Source of the DNA: Nitrospirales bacterium
Lineage (GTDB): Bacteria > Nitrospirota > Nitrospiria > Nitrospirales > UBA8639
Assembly (NCBI GenBank): GCA_963555755.3
Contig: OY820905.2
Span: forward strand, 3,232,001-3,296,000
Direction of reading: 5' to 3'
Length of the DNA: 64,000 bases
Shown: positions 9,206 through 20,216 of the stretch, one piece after another
How the letters are laid out: each line of letters begins with the position of its first letter
Numbering within the stretch: the first letter of the stretch is position 1
The notes under the pieces: model-generated
Seen by the model: the letters and a program-made list of their open reading frames with translations, nothing else
What the model was told of the DNA's origin: nothing
Database searches by the model: none
Made by a program: the position numbers and the translations under genes

Positions 9206-9462
9206 AGCGTGTAAACGCGAAGCCGCGTTGGTGGAACCAGGTGCTGCCTTTTCCGGGCGGTGGTGATTAGTGGGGGTGAAGAAGCACGACCTGCCTGCGT
9301 GGAGCCGCTTTCAGCCTTCCTAGCCACTACGGCGAAGGAGGCTCGGCAGAAGCAGGCAAGATCGTGGAGGTAATTTGCCTGTATGTCAAAGGGCTCACTA
9401 CAAACAGAATGGGAAGGAATTTCTAAAACAGGGCAATAGTGCACCAACAACACCAGGTTCAA

Positions 9463-9669
9463 TCAGGTCTCAACGTACTCGCAGATGCTTGTGGGTTCTG
9501 GGATAGGAAGCCCGTCTTGTCTGAAACCATCTAGGTGAAATCGAATCGCATCTCGAATATTGGATTTGATTTCCTCAGGTGTTGAACCTGTCGCTACGCA
9601 CCCTGGAAGGTCTGGGACATAGGCAGAAAAGTTGTTTTCCGTCTTTTCGATTACAATGCCATATCGCAT
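9463..9669 (-). CDS. hicB: HicB family antitoxin (orphan)
   Basis: YGIVIEK..FSAYVPDLPGCVATGST..IRDAIRFHLD..PIPEP. Confidence 0.9.
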   Translation of the reverse strand: MRYGIVIEKTENNFSAYVPDLPGCVATGSTPEEIKSNIRDAIRFHLDGFRQDGLPIPEPTSICEYVET

Positions 9670-9710
9670 GGGGTTACCTGCCTTTCAGTTGGGCTTGTTT
9701 CCAATTAGTT

Positions 9711-9843
9711 GTAACTACTCAGGTGGATAGGCTGAAGGCCGAAGGCTTTTAGGAAGCAATCATGCGTGATAATACAAAACCTCGGACATTATGAGTAATA
9801 GCCTTCAGTCTTTAGCCTTCAGCCTAAATACCTGAGTAGTTAC
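9711..9843. mobile_element. MITE family I (133 bp)
   Basis: 14-bp TIR GTAACTACTCAGGT; 8-bp TSD AATTAGTT at 9703-9710 and 9844-9851; internal heptamer (aggctga) inverted arrays. Confidence 0.85.
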
Positions 9844-9850
9844 AATTAGT

Positions 9851-11344
9851 TTACGACTGAAGAGGTGGCTTTTTTATTTTCAATTTCTGCATGCGTGAAC
9901 GGAGAGTGCTGGGGTTCAGGCCTAAAATGGCCGCCGCGCCGCGTTCACCTTCGATGACCCATTTGGTTTCTTTGAGGACATTCTGGATATGAGTACGCTC
10001 GACTTTTTCAAGGGTGTGAAAGGTCGGGGAGGAAACTTCAAGCGGCTTCGATTTTTCAGACGAGAAGGCACGGAGTTCGGGAAGGTCGTTGAGGGTGAGC
10101 GCTGCGTCTTGAGCCAAAATTACGGCACGTTCGATGGTGTTTTCGAGTTCCCGGACATTGCCTGGCCAAGGATAGGCCTTAAGCGCAGTCATGGCTTCTT
10201 GAGAGATTTTCTCAATATTTTTTCCGATTTTACTCGAAAACTTTTTCAGGAAATGCGTGATCAATACGCCGATATCTTCTTTTCGATCTCGAAGGGGCGG
10301 ACTTGTTATAGGAAAGACGTTGAGCCGGTAATACAAGTCTTCACGAAAACTTCCGGCCCTCACCGCTTGCTCTAACGCTCGGTTAGTGGCAGCAATCACT
10401 CGCACATCTACTTTGGTTGTGTGCGGATTGCCCACACGTTCAAATTCGCCTTCTTGCAAAACCCGGAGCAATTTGGCTTGAAGGTCCAGAGGCATCTCAC
10501 CGATTTCATCCAAAAAGATCGTTCCTTTATCCGCCAGTTCAAACCGCCCGATTTTTTTGGCCACTGCTCCAGTAAAGGCCCCCTTCTCATGTCCAAATAA
10601 TTCGCTTTCAATCAAATTGCTTGGGAGCGAGGCGCAATTCACTTTGACTAAAGGACGATCGCTTCGCCGGCTTCGACTATGGACTGCCCGGGCCAGGAGT
10701 TCTTTGCCAGTTCCCGACTCTCCCAGAATAAGAACCGACGCGTCAGTCGGTGCGACTTGCTCGACCTGTGTTAACACCGCGTTCAGCGCTTTCCCTTGGC
10801 TAATAATGTCGTCAAAGTTGTGTTCGAGTTGAATTTCTTCTCGGAGGTATGTGTTTTCTGCTTGGAGCTGACCTTTTAAGTGTTCGACTTCATCGAGAGC
10901 TTTCTGGAGTTCCGCGGTGCGCTCGGTGACGCGTTGTTCGAGATGTTGCTGAAGCGAACGAAGTTTCAGATGTGTGGTCACTCGGGCTAACACTTCTTCA
11001 TGTTGAATAGGTTTGGTGACGTAATCTACGGCGCCCACTTGAAAACCTTTCACCTTATCCAGTGTTTCTGTCAGGGCGGTCATAAAGATCACAGGAATGT
11101 CGGCAGTAGCAGGATTGGCCTTCAATCGTTGACAGGTCTCAAACCCGTCCAGCCCTGGCATCATGACATCTAATAAGATCAAGTCGGGACGAGTGGCTGA
11201 GATTTGTTCTAAGGCACTTTCCCCATCCGTGGCCACAAAGACTTCATAGCCTTGTTTGTCGAACACTTGGACCAAAATTTCGAGATTCGTCGGGGTATCG
11301 TCAACTAAGAGGATGGAAGGTTTGGAAGACGGCAGGAGGCTCAT
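9851..11344 (-). CDS. sigma54-dependent response regulator (REC-AAA-HTH)
   Basis: LVDD..LLDVMMP receiver; [24 protein letters not shown]-terminal Fis HTH. Confidence 0.95.
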   Translation of the reverse strand: MSLLPSSKPSILLVDDTPTNLEILVQVFDKQGYEVFVATDGESALEQISATRPDLILLDVMMPGLDGFETCQRLKANPATADIPVIFMTALTETLDKVKGFQVGAVDYVTKPIQHEEVLARVTTHLKLRSLQQHLEQRVTERTAELQKALDEVEHLKGQLQAENTYLREEIQLEHNFDDIISQGKALNAVLTQVEQVAPTDASVLILGESGTGKELLARAVHSRSRRSDRPLVKVNCASLPSNLIESELFGHEKGAFTGAVAKKIGRFELADKGTIFLDEIGEMPLDLQAKLLRVLQEGEFERVGNPHTTKVDVRVIAATNRALEQAVRAGSFREDLYYRLNVFPITSPPLRDRKEDIGVLITHFLKKFSSKIGKNIEKISQEAMTALKAYPWPGNVRELENTIERAVILAQDAALTLNDLPELRAFSSEKSKPLEVSSPTFHTLEKVERTHIQNVLKETKWVIEGERGAAAILGLNPSTLRSRMQKLKIKKPPLQS

Positions 11345-14300
11345 ACCTTCTCACCAAGATGGGGTTTCAAGAATTCGCTGAGTTGTTTCATATTAAAAGC
11401 CCGGGCAAAACCCCGAAGTTCTTGTGTAAACGGTGCGTATTGATGGCCCATCTGGTCAATGGCGTCTATCTGTTTTCGGACTTCCAAGATCTGCCCCTTT
11501 ATGGCGAGTTCATACAGAGGTTGTAATATGTCTAAGGGAGGAGTCGGCATGACCTCCATATCATCAAAAGCAGCGTGTCCATCTTGCGTCGGCACTTCAT
11601 ATTCCCATTCAATCCCAGCATGGGTTTCAAGAGCCTGAAGTAATTCAGGTTCTCGAATAGGCTTCGACAAAAATTCATTACATCCAACGTTGAGACTCTC
11701 CTGACGACTATAGTCAAACACGCTCGCTGACAGGGCGATGATCACGGTGTCTGCAAACTCAGGCATGGCACGCAAGGCTCTGGTGGTAGCAAACCCATCC
11801 ATCACGGGCATGACCAGATCCATAAAAATGACGTCGGGGCGATGACGCTGTGCCCGTTTCAAACCTTCTTGACCATTCGAGGCTTCGTCTATCGTCAAGC
11901 CCTTGTGTTTGAGCATATGGGCGAGAACGGATCGATTCTCCCACTTATCGTCGATGATCAGAACCCGTTTCTGACCATGCTTGACGCCGATGATGCGGCG
12001 TAGGTCCTGTGTCTTGGTCGGCGCTCGTTGGGCAATAGACGGCAGCGGAATCGTAAACCAAAAACAGCTTCCTTGTCCTTGAGTGCTTTGAACTTCTAAC
12101 GTTCCTCCCATCAATGTGACCAGCTTGTTCGTGATGGTTAAGCCTAACCCCGTTCCTTCTGCCTGACGATTGGGGTCAGCGACTTGCTGAAAGGGGAGAA
12201 AAATGTCTTTGAGGTGTTGTGGCGCAATCCCGATGCCCGTGTCTTCAATGTGAAATCGCAAGGTATGAGGAACATCGGTGGTAATGGAAAGGGTCACCTG
12301 ACCCGCGTCGGTAAATTTCACCGAATTGCCCAACAAGTTTAAGAGCACTTGTCGTAAACGCTTTTCGTCACCTTCGACTTCTGTGGGAAGAGAGTCAGGA
12401 AATTCATAACGAAACGATAGCCCAGCTTGGTCGGCCCGAACTTTTATGATCTCCACAATCGTTTTCAAAAATTCCGGAAAGTGAAATGCCGTGGGACTCA
12501 ACTCTAGTTTTTGAGCCTCGATTTTTGAAAGATCAAGGATGTCATTGATGAGTGTGAGCAAGTGTTCGCCGCTGCGATGAATCACATCAAGCCCGGACCG
12601 TTGGTCTTCGGAAAGGTTCGCATCCCCTTTCAGAATTTGGGAAAACCCCAAGATGCCATTGAGAGGTGTGCGCAGTTCATGGCTCATGTTGGCTAAGAAC
12701 TCGCTTTTGGCCCGGTTGGCTGATTCCGCAGCTTCTTTGGCAAGTAGCAAAGCTTCCTCCGCTTCTTTTCGAGAGCTAATGTCTTGAATGGTGCCTTCGT
12801 AATACAGTAAAGAACCATTGTCCTTTGTGACGGCTCGAGCATGTTCAGAGATCCAGAATATGGTCCCATCACGGTGATACACCTGACATTCAAACCCCTG
12901 AACGGTTCCATGCTGTTTTAGATGCCGAACAAACCGATCACGATAATGTGGGTCAACATAAATTTGTTTGCCAATACTTTCGATTGAATGCAGGAGTTCG
13001 TCAGGGGAGGCATACCCATACATTCTTGCCAGCGCCGGGTTGACGCTCAAAAAACGTCCCTCCGGTGTGCTTTGGTAAATCCCCTCGACAGCGTTTTCGA
13101 CGATACTGTGATACTTTTGCTCGGCGACCCCAAGAGCTTTTTCACCGCGTTGGCGTTCGGTAATTTCTTCTTGTAATCGAGTGTTCGTGTCGGACAGTTC
13201 GGACGTCCGGTCTTGTACCCGTTGTTCAAGATAGGTGTGGGCTTCATGTAAAGCTTCCTCTGCAGCCTTTCGTTCAAAGGCATTCGCAAAGATTTCTCCA
13301 ACGATGCGGAGGAGCGACACAATATCTTCCTCCCACGTTTTCTCTTTTTGAATGGAGTCAAGTCCCAAAAACCCAACAAGCTCTCCTCGACGGACAAGAG
13401 GAATAAAGATCGCTGATTGGACGGGATCAAATTTCAAAAACAATTCGCGTTCAACTATGGCTTCAGGGGGCAATTCAATAATCCGTGGGATATGAAGGGG
13501 TTTTAGTCGTCGTAACTGTTCCATAACCCATGGAACGGCATCCATGGGAATGCGCTGGAATTGGTCCCGAAGAGGGGTGTATCCCTTAGCATACCATTCA
13601 TGAGTGGCGCTAAAGGTCGTCCCATCTTCCGAGATTAAAAATACAAAGCTGCGTTCGATTTCCACAAAAAGGCCTATGGTTTTCAGTGCCTCGGTAATGT
13701 GGTGATCAATTTCGGAAATGGGGAGGTTGATAAGTTCGGTGGAGATCGTGGTGATCAAATCTTCAAAAAGTAAACGTTCTTCAAGGGCTCCCTGAACCCG
13801 TTTTCGTTCGAAATAGTTTCGCAACATTTCTGATAACGAATTAATGAGTTTCCGTTCTTCATTGGTGAAAGGACCTTCATCAATTACCGGACGTTCTTCC
13901 AAATAACAAATTTCCAAAAGGCCCGGTGTGCCATCATCGGTGGCAAACTCAGCACGCTGCATCCAGTCCGTGTGCTGAAAGTGTGTCGTGGCCATGTCGA
14001 TGTCCGCATACGAGATGCGAGCCTCAGTGATCTGTGGGTATTGCCAGGCTTCACGCAAGAGAGGAAGGAGCTGCTGCACCACCTCTTGAGGCGTGGCCAC
14101 GGGATCCTGAGCGAGTCGGGCGGTATGATGCAGAACGGTGAGTTCCTTGACGCGGCTTCCTAAGTCTTGCATGAGACCATACGCTTCTTCTTGGATGCGC
14201 TGTCGTTCGAGAGATTCAAAGGTATGCGAAACAAAGTCCGCAATCGAACTGCCAAATTGTTGTTCATCTAAACTCCAGACCCGGGCTGGGCCAATATGCT

Positions 14301-15426
14301 CGTGGCAGAGGACTCCAACGGTTTGCCCTTGCTTAAAGATGGGAGAATCCATCATGGACGTAATGCCCAGGACATCCAGATAGCCAACAGCAAATTCGCT
14401 CGTTCGCAGATCAGTGCGAGCATCGTGTGCGGCAATAGTGAGGTTCTGGCTCAATGCCGAGAAATAGCGAGGATAATGTTCAATAGAGAGTTGGGTGCCA
14501 TGAACATGGGTCCCCTTGCTACGTTCATAGACATCAAGGCAGGTGAGATGAGTTTTATCTTCATCAAGCATCCAAATACTGACCCGCTCAACCTCCAATG
14601 TATCGGCCACCAGTTGCGTCACCCGCTGACAAGCCGCTTCCCGTGTTTGAAATACCGCACGAACAAGGCTGAGCAAGGCGGCTTGATGCTGAATGGTCCG
14701 ATCCCGCGCACGTTTTTGTTCGGCTTCGATGTGTTTGCGTTCGGTAATATCCAAGGCATAAATGTTGAGATACCCTGAATCAACTATTGGCGCGAGATTC
14801 AAAGAATACATTCGTTCGCCTACCGTGACTTCCGTCTGTTGTGGCTCTCCGGATTGAAAGGCTTGTTCGACAATAGGGCACCAAGGTCCAGAAATTGATT
14901 CACCGGCCCGACAGTCCCAAAGGTTTAATAAGGGAGCGCTGGCTTTGTTGTGATACAGAATGGTTCCGTCCTGCGACAGGCGAAGGATAGGGTTCGGGTT
15001 TTCGTCGGGAAACTTGGACAAGCTGGCGATTTCTTCCTGTGCTCGTTTGCGTTCCGTGATATCTCGAATAAAACTACAATGGTAGGATTCACCTTCAAAC
15101 TCGACATAATTGACCGATACCTCTACTGGAAATAGGCCTCCATTTTTTCGACGATGTTCGGATTCAATGGTAAAGGCTTGTTGTGTGCGAATCTCGTCCC
15201 ATAAGGAAGGCCATTCCTCAGTTGACAACCCAGGATTAATATCAAATACCCTCAGAGCGAGAAATTCTTCTCGGGAATAGCCATAGAGTAAACAGGCTGC
15301 TTCATTCACCCCATAAAATCGACCTTTCGCATCGACCCAGAAGATAGGGTCCGACGCCCGCTCAATCGTAAACTGCGCCAACCGCGCATCACGATTATTG
15401 GGATTAGATTTCGATTTATCAGTCAT
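11341..15426 (-). CDS. Cytoplasmic hybrid sensor kinase (PAS/GAF-HisKA-HATPase-REC)
   Basis: Several PAS and GAF segments, [20 protein letters not shown]-terminal receiver. Confidence 0.95.
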   Translation of the reverse strand: MTDKSKSNPNNRDARLAQFTIERASDPIFWVDAKGRFYGVNEAACLLYGYSREEFLALRVFDINPGLSTEEWPSLWDEIRTQQAFTIESEHRRKNGGLFPVEVSVNYVEFEGESYHCSFIRDITERKRAQEEIASLSKFPDENPNPILRLSQDGTILYHNKASAPLLNLWDCRAGESISGPWCPIVEQAFQSGEPQQTEVTVGERMYSLNLAPIVDSGYLNIYALDITERKHIEAEQKRARDRTIQHQAALLSLVRAVFQTREAACQRVTQLVADTLEVERVSIWMLDEDKTHLTCLDVYERSKGTHVHGTQLSIEHYPRYFSALSQNLTIAAHDARTDLRTSEFAVGYLDVLGITSMMDSPIFKQGQTVGVLCHEHIGPARVWSLDEQQFGSSIADFVSHTFESLERQRIQEEAYGLMQDLGSRVKELTVLHHTARLAQDPVATPQEVVQQLLPLLREAWQYPQITEARISYADIDMATTHFQHTDWMQRAEFATDDGTPGLLEICYLEERPVIDEGPFTNEERKLINSLSEMLRNYFERKRVQGALEERLLFEDLITTISTELINLPISEIDHHITEALKTIGLFVEIERSFVFLISEDGTTFSATHEWYAKGYTPLRDQFQRIPMDAVPWVMEQLRRLKPLHIPRIIELPPEAIVERELFLKFDPVQSAIFIPLVRRGELVGFLGLDSIQKEKTWEEDIVSLLRIVGEIFANAFERKAAEEALHEAHTYLEQRVQDRTSELSDTNTRLQEEITERQRGEKALGVAEQKYHSIVENAVEGIYQSTPEGRFLSVNPALARMYGYASPDELLHSIESIGKQIYVDPHYRDRFVRHLKQHGTVQGFECQVYHRDGTIFWISEHARAVTKDNGSLLYYEGTIQDISSRKEAEEALLLAKEAAESANRAKSEFLANMSHELRTPLNGILGFSQILKGDANLSEDQRSGLDVIHRSGEHLLTLINDILDLSKIEAQKLELSPTAFHFPEFLKTIVEIIKVRADQAGLSFRYEFPDSLPTEVEGDEKRLRQVLLNLLGNSVKFTDAGQVTLSITTDVPHTLRFHIEDTGIGIAPQHLKDIFLPFQQVADPNRQAEGTGLGLTITNKLVTLMGGTLEVQSTQGQGSCFWFTIPLPSIAQRAPTKTQDLRRIIGVKHGQKRVLIIDDKWENRSVLAHMLKHKGLTIDEASNGQEGLKRAQRHRPDVIFMDLVMPVMDGFATTRALRAMPEFADTVIIALSASVFDYSRQESLNVGCNEFLSKPIREPELLQALETHAGIEWEYEVPTQDGHAAFDDMEVMPTPPLDILQPLYELAIKGQILEVRKQIDAIDQMGHQYAPFTQELRGFARAFNMKQLSEFLKPHLGEKV

Positions 15427-16192
15427 CTTTTAGCTCACACCAAACAGGTGTATGATCCGAAGGTTTCTCTTTCCCACGTGGGCCTTTATCCACACCGGTG
15501 GCTACGAGTCGGTCAGCAGCTTGTGGGGAAAGCATAAAATGATCAATGCGCAACCCCTGGTCTTTATTCCAGCATCCGGCTTGGTAATCCCAAAATGTGT
15601 ACAAGCCTACTTGCGGATGCTGGGCTCGAAGCGCATCAGTCAGGCCCAGATAACACAAGGTGCGAAACCGAGTCCGAGTTTCTGGGTGACACAGCGCATC
15701 CCCGGCAAATCCATCAGGGTCATACACATCGTCATCCGTTGGACACACATTATAATCGCCACCCAAAACTAAAGTTTCTTCATAGGTGAGGAGCGTTCGG
15801 ACATGGGAGATCAGACGGTCCAGCCAGGCGAGTTTGTATGTAAACTTTTCAGTGTCGATAGGATTACCATTGGGAAGATAGATCGAGGCTATGCGGACGT
15901 TTCCAACAATAGCTTCCACATAGCGAGCCTGTTCATCACTGGAATCACCAGGAAGACCTCGCTGTTCTATTTCGATCGGGTGTTTCGACACAATCGCCAC
16001 GCCGTTGTAGGTTTTTTGTCCAACCACGGCTAGGTTATACCCGAGGTCCTCAATTTCGGTTCGCGGAACATTTTCTTCTTGAGATTTCAGCTCCTGAAGC
16101 AACAACACATCCGGGCTCACCTCTTTCAGATAAGCTCCCACATGCGGCAACCTGGATTTAATGGAATTCACATTCCACGTCGCGATTTTCAT
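15419..16192 (-). CDS. xth: Exodeoxyribonuclease III
   Basis: ATWNVNS, LQELK, GDYN, LRIDH, PSDHTPV. Confidence 0.95.
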   Translation of the reverse strand: MKIATWNVNSIKSRLPHVGAYLKEVSPDVLLLQELKSQEENVPRTEIEDLGYNLAVVGQKTYNGVAIVSKHPIEIEQRGLPGDSSDEQARYVEAIVGNVRIASIYLPNGNPIDTEKFTYKLAWLDRLISHVRTLLTYEETLVLGGDYNVCPTDDDVYDPDGFAGDALCHPETRTRFRTLCYLGLTDALRAQHPQVGLYTFWDYQAGCWNKDQGLRIDHFMLSPQAADRLVATGVDKGPRGKEKPSDHTPVWCELKDD

Positions 16193-16235
16193 CGCAATGG
16201 AGTTCCTTCTTTCCTTGGACCAGAGTCATTACCAA

Positions 16236-16631
16236 TTATAGATTAGATAGGGTAGCAAATCCCGGCGACTGCAGTAACTGTACATCTGCCGTGACAAGAG
16301 TCAAATCATAGACCTGTGCGGTGGCCCCGAGAAAGCGGTCCACGGGATCTTGGTGAGTCAGTGTAAGGCGGCGACTTTGTATAGCCACTTCATGGTTCAG
16401 TTGAGCTTCATGAAAAGGAATGCGGGCATAGGCTTGGCGGATCCAAGTAAATGGGTCAGTCTCGAGCAAGATCCTACCTTTGTCTGAAAGGAGAATAACT
16501 TCCCATGTGGTCATGGGGGAAAGCCAGAGACTATTGGAGGGGTTTTCCAGTTCAGAGGAAACTCGGTGATGAAGACGGCTTGGTTCAAGAAGGGCCCAGA
16601 GAAAAATATGCGTATCAAGGAGGAGGTTCAA
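16236..16631 (-). CDS. vapC: VapC/PIN toxin (probable TTG start)
   Basis: LLLDTHIFLW, WEV, HQDPVDRFL, LVTAD. Confidence 0.9.
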   Translation of the reverse strand: MNLLLDTHIFLWALLEPSRLHHRVSSELENPSNSLWLSPMTTWEVILLSDKGRILLETDPFTWIRQAYARIPFHEAQLNHEVAIQSRRLTLTHQDPVDRFLGATAQVYDLTLVTADVQLLQSPGFATLSNL

Positions 16632-16633
16632 GT

Positions 16634-16870
16634 TTATGAGATTTCCCAATCTTGAGAGTCGGTGACAGGGGTAATAATGTCACCTTGGATTGTGCCACTT
16701 CCTTTCATAGAGCCCAACCAAGATTCTGGAGGAGAGGGAGGGACAGGAGGAATGACTTGGGCTATGGGATCTCCTTTACGAGTGATCAGTATAGGCTGGC
16801 CCGTACGCTTTACTTTATCCAATAGAGAAAGGCACGTGGCTTTAAATTTTGAAATAGGCACTTGTTCCAC
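16634..16870 (-). CDS. Phd/YefM family antitoxin
   Basis: ISKFKATCLSLLDKV..PILITRKGDPIA; directly upstream of the PIN gene. Confidence 0.9.
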   Translation of the reverse strand: MEQVPISKFKATCLSLLDKVKRTGQPILITRKGDPIAQVIPPVPPSPPESWLGSMKGSGTIQGDIITPVTDSQDWEIS

Positions 16871-16889
16871 GGAAATACCTTTTATAAAA

Positions 16890-16912
16890 GACTATGGTCA
16901 ATGACTATAGTC
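16890..16912. promoter_or_regulatory. Tandem palindromic operators of the TA operon
   Basis: GACTATGGTC (16890-16899) and GACTATAGTC (16903-16912). Confidence 0.6.
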
Positions 16913-16946
16913 TACTGCTTGATTCTGTAAATAGCAATATCGTTTA

Positions 16947-16987
16947 ACCTAGAGACGGCAGTTGGGCGCAAAAAAGCCGTTTCTAGG
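16947..16987. repeat. Minimal family E hairpin (CCTAGA.ACGGC ends), possible terminator after polA
   Basis: cctagagacggc...gccgtttctagg; same ends as 27126-28059 and 58917-59345. Confidence 0.65.
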
Positions 16988-16996
16988 CTAAAGGAT

Positions 16997-19831
16997 TTAA
17001 TGCGCCTCGCCCCAGGAAGCCCCTTGTCCCACTTCGACCGTCAGTGACACCGAAAGTTGGAGGGCAGGGAGGGAAGCCGACTCCATCACTTTCTTCACAA
17101 CCTCGCCTGTTCGATCGACAGCATCTTCTTCAACTTCAAACAACAATTCGTCGTGGACGGTTAAAAGCATTTTGGCTTTTGTGGTGAGGTTGTGTTGTGC
17201 CAAAGCACTGGGTACGCGAATCATGGCGCGTTTCAAAATGTCAGCGGCGGCGCCTTGGATGGGGGCATTGATGGCGGCGCGCTCAGAAAAATTTCGGCGG
17301 GCGGCATTTTTTTCATGGATGTCTGGCACATGGCACCGCCGGCCAAAGAGTGTTTCCACGTATCCATGTTCGCGGCAGAATTGTTTGGTGCGGTCCATGT
17401 ATTCTTGAATGCCAGGGTAGCGTTCGAAATAGGCTTTCATATAGGCGGCGGCCTCTTCATTGGATATGCCAAGTTGACGGCTGAGCCCAAACGCGCTGAT
17501 CCCGTAAATGATGCCAAAATTGATCGCTTTGGCTTTGCGGCGCATAGCAGGATCTAAATCTTCAGCTTCAACTCCAAAAATTTGGCTGGCGGTGAGGGCG
17601 TGAATGTCTTGGCCTTCGTGGAACGCCTGTTTCAACACATCGATATTGGCAATGTGTGCGAGCAGGCGGAGTTCAATTTGGGAATAATCCAGTGACAGCA
17701 AGGTCCACCCAGACTTGGCGACAAAGGCGTGGCGAATTTTTCGACCATCTTCGGTACGTATGGGAATATTTTGAAGATTGGGATCCGTCGACGACAGGCG
17801 ACCTGTTGAGGCAGCGGCCATGGAATAGGAGGTGTGGACTCGCCCCGTTCGTGGATTGATCTGTTCCACCAAGGCATCGCTGTAGGTGCTTTTCAATTTA
17901 TCGAGCTGTCGCCACTCCAACATTTTGGCTGGTAGCTCGTGGCCCTCGGCGACAAGGGATTCCAATACATCGGCACCCGTGGAATACGCGCCGGATTTCC
18001 CCTTTTGTCCGCCCACGAGTTGCATTTCTTCAAACAAGACTTCACCAAGTTGTTTGGGCGAGCCGACATTAAATTCATGCCCGGCCAGTTGGTAAATGTC
18101 TTTCTCTAAGATGGCTTGGCGTTCAGCAAAGTCTTGGCTGAGTGACTCCAACTGTGCGCGATCGACTTTTATCCCTTCGGCTTCCATCTCCACCAGAACA
18201 GGAATAAGCGGGCGCTCTAATGTCTCATAGGGCGTGACCATCCGTTCGGCCAACAGGCGGGGTTTGAATAAGTGGTGAAACTGAAGTGTGATATCTGCAT
18301 CTTCAGCGGCATAGTCCAAGGCTTTATCCAGCGGAACCAAGTCAAAGGTAATTTTCGATTTCCCGGTTCCCGCGACTTCTTTGAACTTGATCGTGGTGTG
18401 GCCAAAATGAAGTTCGGCTAATTCATCCATACCGTGACCATGGCTGCCTCCGTCCAGGATGTAGGACATCAACATGGTATCGTCGATAGGTGAGATGGTC
18501 ATGTCGTATCGACGAAGTACCACCATGTCGTATTTCAGGTTATGACCGATTTTGAGCACCGAGGAGTCCGCTAAGAGCGGACGCAGGATATCGAGCGCCT
18601 CATGGAGGGGAATTTGAACGAGAGGTTCGTGTTGTTGGGATGAGTGTTCTTTGGTAGATGATTCGGAGAAATCCAATTCTGATACAGCCTCAGGATAGCG
18701 GTGTGCGAGTGGGATGTAGCACGCATGGCCGGGCTTCACGCACAGAGAAATACCAACTAATTCGGCTCGGCTTTCATCCAATGACGTGGTTTCGGTATCG
18801 ACCGCAACCGCGCCAGCATAGCGCGCTTGGGTCACCCAATCTTGCAGAACTGAGATGGATTGGACGAGTTCATAGTATCGAGTGACTGGAGCCATCGGCC
18901 CAGTTGGCAAGGCACCTTCGATCTCAGGAATGTCTTGACCGGAAGCCGCTAAGCGGCTTTGGATCTTGGCTATGAGGGATTTGAAGCTTTGTTCATTGAG
19001 GAAGTTGAGTAATTGTTGTGGGTCTGGATTTTGGCGTTGCAACTGGTCCACTGTGAGGTTGGTCGGCACGTCGTCTCGTAGACGAACCAGTTCTCGTGAG
19101 AGTCTGGCTTGATCCGCAAAATCGATGAGGCTTTGGCGTCGCTTCGGTTGCTTAATCTCTGAAGCCCGAGCGAGAAGAGAGTCAAGATCACCATATTCCT
19201 GAATGAGTTGGGCCGCGGTTTTCACGCCAATGCCAGGGACCCCTGGCACATTGTCTGTTGAATCGCCAGCCAGGGCTTGCACATCTACAACTTTTTCCGG
19301 GCCAACGCCGAATTTCTCTTTGACCTCAGCAGGGCCAATCTTTCGGTTTTTCATCGCGTCGAACATGCTGACGCGATCCGTGACCAACTGCATCATATCT
19401 TTATCCGACGATACAATGGTCACGTCTATCCCCTCGGCCTCCGCTTGTCGCGCATAGGTGGCAATCAGGTCATCGGCTTCGAAGCCTGGCTTTTCAATAC
19501 ATTCCACATTAAAGGCACGCGTAGCATCTCGAACCAATGGAAACTGGGGAATCAATTCATCTGGAGGTTCGGGTCGGTTCGCCTTGTACTCCGGAAAAAT
19601 TTCATTGCGAAAGGTTTTCCGAGCCGAATCAAAAATCACGGCTAGGTGGGTGGCGTGCAGGTCATCCAGTAGTTTCATCAACATGTTGGTGAAACCCAGG
19701 ACCGCATTCACCGGTGTCCCATCTGGTCGAGTCAGAATCGGTAGGGCGTGGAATGCTCGAAACAAAAAACTTGAGCCATCCACGAGACACAGGTGCTTCT
19801 TAGAAGAGTCCTGTTTTTGGGTCATCATCAT
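16997..19831 (-). CDS. polA: DNA polymerase I
   Basis: 5'-3' exonuclease (LVDGSS), 3'-5' exonuclease (VDTETT), polymerase motifs DYSQIELR, KAINFGIIYG, VHDEL. Confidence 0.98.
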   Translation of the reverse strand: MMMTQKQDSSKKHLCLVDGSSFLFRAFHALPILTRPDGTPVNAVLGFTNMLMKLLDDLHATHLAVIFDSARKTFRNEIFPEYKANRPEPPDELIPQFPLVRDATRAFNVECIEKPGFEADDLIATYARQAEAEGIDVTIVSSDKDMMQLVTDRVSMFDAMKNRKIGPAEVKEKFGVGPEKVVDVQALAGDSTDNVPGVPGIGVKTAAQLIQEYGDLDSLLARASEIKQPKRRQSLIDFADQARLSRELVRLRDDVPTNLTVDQLQRQNPDPQQLLNFLNEQSFKSLIAKIQSRLAASGQDIPEIEGALPTGPMAPVTRYYELVQSISVLQDWVTQARYAGAVAVDTETTSLDESRAELVGISLCVKPGHACYIPLAHRYPEAVSELDFSESSTKEHSSQQHEPLVQIPLHEALDILRPLLADSSVLKIGHNLKYDMVVLRRYDMTISPIDDTMLMSYILDGGSHGHGMDELAELHFGHTTIKFKEVAGTGKSKITFDLVPLDKALDYAAEDADITLQFHHLFKPRLLAERMVTPYETLERPLIPVLVEMEAEGIKVDRAQLESLSQDFAERQAILEKDIYQLAGHEFNVGSPKQLGEVLFEEMQLVGGQKGKSGAYSTGADVLESLVAEGHELPAKMLEWRQLDKLKSTYSDALVEQINPRTGRVHTSYSMAAASTGRLSSTDPNLQNIPIRTEDGRKIRHAFVAKSGWTLLSLDYSQIELRLLAHIANIDVLKQAFHEGQDIHALTASQIFGVEAEDLDPAMRRKAKAINFGIIYGISAFGLSRQLGISNEEAAAYMKAYFERYPGIQEYMDRTKQFCREHGYVETLFGRRCHVPDIHEKNAARRNFSERAAINAPIQGAAADILKRAMIRVPSALAQHNLTTKAKMLLTVHDELLFEVEEDAVDRTGEVVKKVMESASLPALQLSVSLTVEVGQGASWGEAH

Positions 19832-20010
19832 ATCATGGGTTGTCCTGTGTTGAACCTAGAAACAGCAGTTGGCTCCATACTTTACAGGGATGTAGCATAT
19901 TCTGAGTCAGAGGGGAAAGAAACGAGATTGCAAAGGTGTAACAGGATGAAAACTGACAGGACCATGGAGAGAAGCCTTCTTGTTCAAGGCTGAAAGGACA
20001 AGAAATTAGC

Positions 20011-20155
20011 CACGATATGTCGTTTGGCCGCGAAATAACGCAGTCTGGGGAATGGAGAAACACATGGCTTTAAATTTGAGGCTTTTCACAACTCGTTGAA
20101 AAACACGAGAACTTTTCCGATAAAAGCCATCTATCTTTTTGGCATCAGGTCTGCA
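20011..20155 (+). promoter_or_regulatory. sigma54 promoter (20139-20155) with candidate upstream activator sequence (20011-20040)
   Basis: TTGGCATCAGGTCTGCA; upstream CACGATATGTCGTTTGGCCGCGAAATAACG. Confidence 0.6.
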
Positions 20156-20216
20156 ATAGAGACTGCAAGAGGACGAAATGGGAAATTCTTTCAGAAAGAT
20201 TTTTAAGGAGAGCCCG

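Noticed and set aside
9037..9462. ORFs containing MLKKAASGVLA and similar (also 22289, 27520, 27596, 31216, 43987, 58991)
   Set aside because: They are translations of multicopy MITEs.
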